Part shown: positions 62,181-64,000 of the stretch, piece by piece
Layout: every line of letters begins with the position of its first letter
Numbering within the stretch: position 1 is the stretch's first letter
From: Bacillota bacterium
GTDB taxonomy: Bacteria; Bacillota; Limnochordia; Darwinibacteriales; DTU012
Assembly: GCA_012837335.1 (NCBI GenBank)
Contig: DURM01000019.1
Span: 11,247-75,246, forward strand
Direction: 5' to 3'
Length of the DNA: 64,000 bases
Program-made: the position numbers and the translations under genes
Notes under the pieces: model-generated
The model's database searches: none
What the model saw: only the letters and a program-made list of their open reading frames with translations
Told to the model about the DNA's origin: nothing

Positions 62181-64000
62181 TCACTCCCTCGCTTACAATC
62201 CATGGGGTGACGAACACCGTCAGTTCAGTCTGCCTCTCCTGAAACTCTGAGCTGCGAAACAAAGCTCCGATTATCGGCAGATCACCCAGAATCGGAATCT
62301 TTTTGATCTGGTTGTTCTCTTCATGCTGAATCAAACCGCCAATCACTGCAGTGGAACCGTGCTTTAAATTCACCACCGTTTCTGTCCGCCGTGTTCGTAA
62401 AGGAGGCATTGATGTTTGAAGCCGCGCGCTGGTCTGCCAATCAAGACTGCTGACTTCGGGCTTAATCTGAATCCGAATCTGTTCATCAGCAATAAATGGC
62501 AGAATCTCAAGTTTTACCCCATAGACAATCCATTCAATCGTCTGCTGGTCACCCACTTGTACTAGAACCGGAATCTCGCCTCCTGCTAAAAACTCAGCCG
62601 GCTCTCCTGACAGGGTAAGCAGACTGGGCGCAGCCAACAGTTTAGCCTTCCCCTCCTCTTCTAGGGCTGATAGTCTAGCTCCTAATAAATGTGAACGGTT
62701 CATCTGCCAGCTGCCGATATGCGCAACTTCTTCGAAGGAAATTACATTGGCAAACAGCTGTCCTTCAACTAAACTGCCCCATTCCACACCAAACTGTTCT
62801 CCTGCGCTGCGATCAAGCTCAACAACATGTACCTGCAGCAGCACCTGCTCCGGCTCAAGAATAGTCAGGAGATCAATAACATCACCATAAAGTTCAGCCA
62901 CCTGAAGAACCCGGCTGTGTTCCCGCGAGTTTTGAACCGTTCCTTCCAGGACAAGTTTTTCACCAACAGCCGTTACCTTTACATCCGGAAGATCCAAATG
63001 CCGGACTAATTCCTCAGCCGAACTGATCTGACCCGGCTGGGGATACTGCAGAAAACTAATTACCGGCTGATAGAATACTTCTGCCAGGCGCTCCGCCCGC
63101 TCTTTAGCCTTTTGATCAGGAACAAGTCCTTCCAGCACAATGGTGCCATGATAATACCGCACACTAATACCCGGCTCCCGAAGGGCGGAAGCAATGTCAG
63201 CAACCAAATCTGCTTCAAACACATGCTCATTCCCACTGTCCAGAATAATCGGCGGGTGCTGCACCCGCACCAAATCGATCACCTGATCACTGAATGCCTG
63301 CCCGATCGCCAGAGCTCTGGTTTTTGCAAACTCATCTTCAGCTGTACCTTCTAAGAAAAGAGTGCTCCCAATCCAATGGGGGTGAATATCAGTGCCGGCA
63401 AGTAGAGTGTTCAGCAGCTCCCGATCCGGCTCATCCACCTCTCCAGCGGGAGTGGGAGTAGGATTCTCTTCGGCCATTTCCACAGTAATCAAGTCAATCA
63501 CCGGCAGATCGGATACTGCTGCCAGCTTCACTGCCCGCTCTTTTTCCCACAAGTTTACAGCTCTGCCTTCGAGAACTAGATGTCCATAGACGATCTCCAA
63601 AGTAATTTCGGGGCTGCCGATCAACCTATTCATTTGGCTTAAGAGCGTCTCTTCGTCTGATTCCAGATCATCGACATCCAGTGGTTCAACCTCTGGAGAC
63701 CGCTCCTGCACCCTGATTAAGTCTACCACCGGCAGACCATAAGCTTCTGCGATAGCACAGGCTCGCCGCCGGTGGTACTCATCAGCAGCACTTCCTTCCA
63801 AGAAAATTGTCTCTCCCACAGCATAAACATGAACGTTATCATCGAGTAATGCTTGAATTTGCTCTGCAAAATCCGCAGGTCCCGGCTCAGTCACCTCCGC
63901 TGCCGTGGATTCCGGTACAGGGTCGGCGTTTCCTACCTTAAGCAGATCAAGAACCTGCAGACCAAAAGCGTCAGCTGTGCGGTAAGCCAGTGCCCGTACG
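62161..64000 (-). CDS. cpaC: Secretin (CpaC/RcpA-like) with at least 5 tandem N-terminal pilus-formation repeats; 5' end beyond window
   Basis: C-terminal secretin domain ('KIPILGDLPIIGALFRSSEF...TVFVTPWIV'). Five repeats of roughly 75-90 aa of the form '...LEG(T/S)...A...VIDL(I/L)xV(Q/E)'. The reading frame stays open upstream of the ORF-track GTG at 63894 to the window edge (translated 'VRALAYRTADAFGLQVLDLLKV...'), so the gene is 5'-truncated. Confidence 0.8.
   Translation of the reverse strand, partial: VRALAYRTADAFGLQVLDLLKVGNADPVPESTAAEVTEPGPADFAEQIQALLDDNVHVYAVGETIFLEGSAADEYHRRRACAIAEAYGLPVVDLIRVQERSPEVEPLDVDDLESDEETLLSQMNRLIGSPEITLEIVYGHLVLEGRAVNLWEKERAVKLAAVSDLPVIDLITVEMAEENPTPTPAGEVDEPDRELLNTLLAGTDIHPHWIGSTLFLEGTAEDEFAKTRALAIGQAFSDQVIDLVRVQHPPIILDSGNEHVFEADLVADIASALREPGISVRYYHGTIVLEGLVPDQKAKERAERLAEVFYQPVISFLQYPQPGQISSAEELVRHLDLPDVKVTAVGEKLVLEGTVQNSREHSRVLQVAELYGDVIDLLTILEPEQVLLQVHVVELDRSAGEQFGVEWGSLVEGQLFANVISFEEVAHIGSWQMNRSHLLGARLSALEEEGKAKLLAAPSLLTLSGEPAEFLAGGEIPVLVQVGDQQTIEWIVYGVKLEILPFIADEQIRIQIKPEVSSLDWQTSARLQTSMPPLRTRRTETVVNLKHGSTAVIGGLIQHEENNQIKKIPILGDLPIIGALFRSSEFQERQTELTVFVTPWIVSEGVSGDGTR

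Overview
Dense, almost entirely minus-strand chromosomal window (about 50% GC) from what looks like a diderm Firmicutes-type bacterium, guessed from gene order; lineage not determined. No rRNA, tRNA, CRISPR array or insertion element was seen by eye. The gene order follows Bacillus-type synteny (tsaE-tsaB-rimI-tsaD; groES-groEL with CIRCE; ndoAI-ndoA; comF-yvyF-flgM-flgN-flgK-flgL-yviE-fliW-csrA...flaG-fliS-fliT-hpf-secA-prfB). The same window also encodes two signal-peptide beta-barrel proteins ending in Phe, a secretin, and a TagA-CsaB-(DUF5693-like) module for pyruvylated cell-wall polymer, the known ligand of S-layer-homology (SLH) domains. Contents in order:
- Partial his operon hisZ-G-D-B-A-IE, with no hisC, hisH or hisF.
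- hpt and guaA; the GuaA glutaminase triad is mutated.
- groESL, the tsa operon, an asparaginase-family plus C26 amidotransferase pair.
- EndoA/EndoAI toxin-antitoxin pair divergent from an XRE regulator.
- Orphan MsmX-like ATPase and a putative porin.
- A DUF2089/DUF4097 three-gene module divergent from an S8 lipoprotein protease and a small outer membrane protein.
- uvrBAC and ppa.
- An envelope-remodelling operon: YibQ, a PDZ membrane protein, CtpA, a coiled-coil M23 peptidase, and a truncated 'mini-FtsX' with no ftsE.
- yitT-tagA-csaB-DUF5693, then prfB (with a canonical +1 frameshift site) and secA.
- A flagellar late-gene block that conspicuously lacks flagellin and fliD.
- comFA/comFC.
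- A Tad/Flp-type pilus locus (LuxR-DUF192-tadC-tadB-cpaF-REC::cpaE-secretin). Its secretin carries at least 5 tandem N-terminal repeats and runs off the window edge.
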